From Prevotella sp. (GTDB lineage: Bacteria; Bacteroidota; Bacteroidia; Bacteroidales; Bacteroidaceae), in contig JAFVGZ010000005.1 in assembly GCA_017478025.1 (NCBI GenBank), positions 52,019 through 116,018 on the forward strand: 64,000 nt of DNA. The letters run 5' to 3'. The notes beneath the pieces are model-generated. The model was not told the DNA's origin. It saw nothing but the letters and a program-made list of their open reading frames with translations, and searched no databases. Of the stretch, positions 60,570 through 64,000 are shown in pieces. Made by a program: the position numbers and the translations under genes. The stretch's first letter is position 1. Every line of letters starts with the position of its first letter.

Positions 60570-60652
60570 CGATACAGGGCGTATCAGCAGTTGAAATGGC
60601 GGGTTTCGCCCGATGAAACCGCGGATTTTATCCGATGAAACCGCAGATTATT
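60570..60652. repeat. Degenerate 17-bp palindromes at 22-bp period
   Basis: cgatacagggcgtatca (60570), tgaaatggcgggtttcg (60592), tgaaaccgcggatttta (60614), tgaaaccgcagattatt (60636). Confidence 0.5.
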
Positions 60653-60678
60653 GATGCTTTGTGCCGTCGCTCAGGCAT

Positions 60679-60713
60679 AAAAAAAGACTGTACCATTGCT
60701 GTCGGTACAGTCT
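60679..60713 (-). terminator. Intrinsic terminator of the 60746-61255 gene
   Basis: agactgtacc...ggtacagtct hairpin with a T7 tail on the minus strand. Confidence 0.7.
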
Positions 60714-60745
60714 CTTCGCTTTCAAAGGTGGGTTATAGGGATGTG

Positions 60746-61255
60746 TCAATCCTTCTTCTTATTGTTCTCGAAACGCTCTCTGCGTTCCTTCATCATCTTC
60801 TCCTGATCGGCTTCGTAGGCCTTATACTGTGCTTCGTTGAGTATGGTGCGCAGCTCTTCGTTATACTGCTTTATTCGTTCTCCGCGCTGTCCCATGCCTC
60901 CTCCGCGCTGTCTCATGCCCTTGCCGTTGCCGCGATGGCCGAGGCTGTCGGGTCTCATGTCGCCCTGAGGACGCTCCGGACGTGAGCCGTTCTGCATGCC
61001 GGGGCGGTGTCCGCGGTTGCCGCCACGACCTCTGCCTCCCATCTGCGACATGTATTTCTCGTTAAGCGCCTTGACCTTGGCGGCCTGCTCAGTAGAGAGA
61101 GCATATTTCTCTACCATGTCCTTCGTGCGCTTTTCTGCCATCTCTTTCGGGTCAGGACGGTTGCCTCTTTCGCGCTTACCTGCGTTTTCCTCGCTCTGTG
61201 CCATGGCCAATGTCATTGTTGCCAAAGCAAATAATGTGAATATCAGCTTTTTCAT
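60746..61255 (-). CDS. Periplasmic helical protein (DUF4890 / Spy-CpxP-like)
   Basis: Signal peptide; LSTEQAAKV and ILNEAQYKAY (LTxxQ-like) motifs; R/G-rich linker. Confidence 0.7.
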   Translation of the reverse strand: MKKLIFTLFALATMTLAMAQSEENAGKRERGNRPDPKEMAEKRTKDMVEKYALSTEQAAKVKALNEKYMSQMGGRGRGGNRGHRPGMQNGSRPERPQGDMRPDSLGHRGNGKGMRQRGGGMGQRGERIKQYNEELRTILNEAQYKAYEADQEKMMKERRERFENNKKKD

Positions 61256-61372
61256 TTCTCTTCTTTTTTAAGTTTGTAACTTGTCGGATGCATTGCTCCA
61301 TTTGTTTGTTTTGTGCACATCTCTGTGACGCGAGAGAAGAGAAAAGGTTTTATACGCTAAGGATTTTTTAAC

Positions 61373-62023
61373 TTATCCCAGTTTATCTTCGGCGATATCG
61401 GAGGGTTTTTCCGCAAAGGTGGTGGCTCCATGCTGTATGAGGAAGTCCTTGTCGCGAAATCCCCACAGAACCGATATGCAGGGCAGGCCGGCGTTGCGTG
61501 CCGTCATGATGTCCACGTCAGAGTCGCCGATATATACCGCCTCTTCCTTGGTGACGCCCAGTTCTTGCAGGGCAAGGTCCACCATGTCGGGTGCCGGTTT
61601 GCGTTGCATGCCCGGTCGCTCGCCGATAGCCACGTCAATAGTAGAGGACAGGTAGTCACGGTACAGCTCATCCACGCCCTTTTGCAGCTTGTTGCTCACC
61701 ACGGCCATCTTCTTGCCTTGCTGCTTCAGGGCCTTCAGCGTGTCTGCTATGCCGTCATACAGGTCGGTATTGTCCTGACAATGGACTACGTAGTAGGCCT
61801 TGAATTCCTTAAAGACATCCTCAAAGAGCGGGTTCTCCTCGCCCTGTGGCACCGCGAGTTGTATGAGTCTGCGCACACCGTTGCCCACAAAGCGGCGCAC
61901 CTCGTCGAGGGTTCGCTCCGGCATTCCGTAGGTTTGCAGGGCATGATTGGTTGCTAAGTAGAGGTCCTGCAGCGTATCCATGAGGGTACCGTCAAGGTCC
62001 CAGATTATTGCTTTGTATTTCAT
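61373..62023 (-). CDS. HAD-family hydrolase (phosphoglycolate phosphatase-like)
   Basis: WDLDGTLMD, VVSNK, RKPAPD, YIGDSDVD. Confidence 0.9.
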   Translation of the reverse strand: MKYKAIIWDLDGTLMDTLQDLYLATNHALQTYGMPERTLDEVRRFVGNGVRRLIQLAVPQGEENPLFEDVFKEFKAYYVVHCQDNTDLYDGIADTLKALKQQGKKMAVVSNKLQKGVDELYRDYLSSTIDVAIGERPGMQRKPAPDMVDLALQELGVTKEEAVYIGDSDVDIMTARNAGLPCISVLWGFRDKDFLIQHGATTFAEKPSDIAEDKLG

Positions 62024-63894
62024 AGACTCTGAATGTATTCTATTAGTTTTCGGTAAAAGGCGTAATGAGACAATGTCTTACTGTTGCCGAAGATGATCAG
62101 CTTCATCCGTGCTCGCGTCATGGCGACGTTCATGCGCCTCAGGTCCGACAGAAATCCTATCTGCCCGTGCTCGTTACTGCGCACGAGGGATATGAGTATG
62201 AGGTCCCGCTCCTGTCCCTGAAAGCCGTCAACTGTCTGCACGGTGATGGCATTGCGGAAGGGTTTGAAGAACGGTCTGCGGTGAATCTGCTGCCTCAGGT
62301 ACTGCGTCTGCACGCGATAGGGGGATATGATGCCCACATCCAGGCGGTCTTCCAGGAAGCGTTCCTTGCCCACCTTATTTATATATCCCTCCAGATGCAG
62401 GAGCAACAGGTCTGCCTCGGCCTTGTTGATGCGGCCATGACTCTCGCCGACGAACTGTTCCGGCTCATCGCTTTCCACCCACACTATGGGCTGGTCGTAG
62501 TCTATCACGGAGCGATGGCCTACGGAAGGGTGAGAGATCAGACGCCCCTGGTAGAACCATTCGGAGGGGAAACGCATGATGGCCTCATTCATGCGGTACT
62601 GCATGGTGAGTAGCGTCACGCTGTCCGGCTGGCTCTCCACGATGCGCTGCATCAGCGTTCTGCCCAGCCCCTGCTGCATGGCGTCAAAGCTTTTGATTGT
62701 CGGCGGCAGCTGTTGGTGGTCGCCTGCCAGTATCACCCTGCCTGCCCTGCGTATTGCAATCCAGCATGCCGGCTCCAAAGCCTGTGCCGCCTCGTCGATG
62801 AAGAGCGTGGAGAACTTCTGGCCCACCATGATTTTGTTTGCCGCACCCACCAGCGTGCAGGCCACTACGCGCGTCTCGGCAAAGAGGGAATGGCTGATGC
62901 GCATCTCCAGTTCCGCCTGTCTTTCGCGTAGGCGGGCCAGCTTCTGATGCCTGTTGTCGCTGCTTCCCTGCCGGCTGTCACGTATCTGCCTGATGGCCTT
63001 GCGTATGGACCACAGCTCGGGATAGTCGGGATGGCTCTCAAATTGCCGCTCATACGTGAATGAAAGCATCTTGTCGTTCACTCGCGAAGGGTTGCCGATG
63101 CGGAGCACAGACACGCCGTGGTCAACGAGTTGCTCCGATATCCAGTCAACCGCCGTGTTGCTCTGGGCGCATACCAGCACCTGCGTCTCGCGGTGCAGCG
63201 TTTCGCATATCGCCTCGACGAGCGTGGTGGTCTTGCCAGTTCCCGGCGGTCCGTGCACTACTGCCACGTCCTTTGCCCTCAAGACCTCATGCACGGCCTG
63301 CTGCTGCGAGTCGTTCAACCAGGGCATAGAAACCGATGGAATCGTTAATTTTCGCGCTTCCTGGTCGCCAGAAAAGACTGCACGCAGGTCGCAGAGGCGG
63401 CCCTTTGTGCTGCCGATTACCTCGTCGAGAGCGTGGAGCATAGTCTTGTAGCTGGACTCATCGAAGTACAGTTGCACGCCAAGGTCCGGCGTTTGTGACA
63501 GCTGCATCACCTGACCTGACGATGGAACCGTTGCCACCATGCGTCGCCCATCTACGTATGAGATTGTCGAAGTCCAGTTGAAGTAGGCGGGCTGGCCGTC
63601 CGCTTTTATCGCAAAGAACTGTATGGGCTTGCCATACTCGAATGCCGTATCTGGGTCTTCGTCGCTCTCGTCCAGGGCTTCGCTGCCGTTATGGATCTCT
63701 ACTACGAGCTGGTTCAGGGAGTTATAGTACGACCGTCCCACCGTGACGGGGTGCCAGCAGATGCCCCGTCGTATCTTACGCGCAAGGGGCATCTTCTCCG
63801 ATTGCAGGCGAAAATCCTCCTTCTCCGTCTCATATTCCAGCAGTAGGAGCGAGCGGAGCTTTTGCAGGTATTGTATGTTCTTTGCTGTGGACAT
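62020..63894 (-). CDS. Superfamily 1 helicase, Upf1/IGHMBP2-like (AAA_11/AAA_12)
   Basis: HGPPGTGKTTT, SNTAVD, IDEAAQ, GDHQQLPP, QYRM, TVDGFQGQE, RMNVAMTRAR. Confidence 0.92.
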   Translation of the reverse strand: MSTAKNIQYLQKLRSLLLLEYETEKEDFRLQSEKMPLARKIRRGICWHPVTVGRSYYNSLNQLVVEIHNGSEALDESDEDPDTAFEYGKPIQFFAIKADGQPAYFNWTSTISYVDGRRMVATVPSSGQVMQLSQTPDLGVQLYFDESSYKTMLHALDEVIGSTKGRLCDLRAVFSGDQEARKLTIPSVSMPWLNDSQQQAVHEVLRAKDVAVVHGPPGTGKTTTLVEAICETLHRETQVLVCAQSNTAVDWISEQLVDHGVSVLRIGNPSRVNDKMLSFTYERQFESHPDYPELWSIRKAIRQIRDSRQGSSDNRHQKLARLRERQAELEMRISHSLFAETRVVACTLVGAANKIMVGQKFSTLFIDEAAQALEPACWIAIRRAGRVILAGDHQQLPPTIKSFDAMQQGLGRTLMQRIVESQPDSVTLLTMQYRMNEAIMRFPSEWFYQGRLISHPSVGHRSVIDYDQPIVWVESDEPEQFVGESHGRINKAEADLLLLHLEGYINKVGKERFLEDRLDVGIISPYRVQTQYLRQQIHRRPFFKPFRNAITVQTVDGFQGQERDLILISLVRSNEHGQIGFLSDLRRMNVAMTRARMKLIIFGNSKTLSHYAFYRKLIEYIQSL

Positions 63895-64000
63895 CGGCGC
63901 AAAGGTAGTAAATAATCCTCAAATGGGCAAATTTCGGAGGCGGGATTATTGTGCCTGCGATGGTATCGCAGACTCTTGAACGAATTTCTCATGCTCTTTT

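Noticed and set aside
62020-63894. SF1 helicase as part of an anti-phage system
   Set aside because: No nuclease fusion or defence-like neighbours; it is coupled to a HAD phosphatase in core-like sequence.

Overview
A 64-kb chromosomal window from a Bacteroidota genome. It is most likely Prevotellaceae, judged from SusC/SusD genes, TAnnTTTG -7 promoter elements, Na+-NQR and T9SS cargo proteins. Positions 1-17.9 kb are a complete-looking beta-glucan/cellodextrin polysaccharide utilisation locus: a membrane-anchored propeller-AraC regulator with no kinase or receiver domain, two GH5, GH94, a GPH-family MFS transporter, SusC, SusD, a surface glycan-binding protein and GH3. The remainder mixes housekeeping genes (rnhA, argS, metG, lptB, fabK-like, dtd, tRNA-Arg, nqrA-F, rlmN, rimP-nusA-infB, two ExuT-like MFS, HAD, SF1 helicase) with scattered pectin/hemicellulose enzymes (GH28, GH43, SGNH, GH140, GH95, PL1), a Phd/RelE-type toxin-antitoxin pair and a PdxA homologue that has lost its catalytic motifs. 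Five signals are least explained. (1) An AT-richer cassette after infB with a promoter, a ~260-nt leader with mutually exclusive RNA helices, a small T9SS-sorted protein, and a translationally coupled 1035-aa C-type-lectin-like/LRR protein that lacks a sorting domain and has mosaic LRR units. (2) Three unrelated sequence families of intergenic arrays, all built as a 17-bp palindrome plus 5-bp spacer (22-bp period); two of these families sit in dispersed elements, one with ~60-bp terminal inverted repeats. (3) Short palindromes read in frame inside several CAZyme/regulator genes. (4) A promoter-carrying repeat upstream of argS and dtd. (5) A candidate sRNA. No transposase, integrase, reverse transcriptase, CRISPR array or cas gene was seen. 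All family assignments come from motif recognition by eye, not from database searches.
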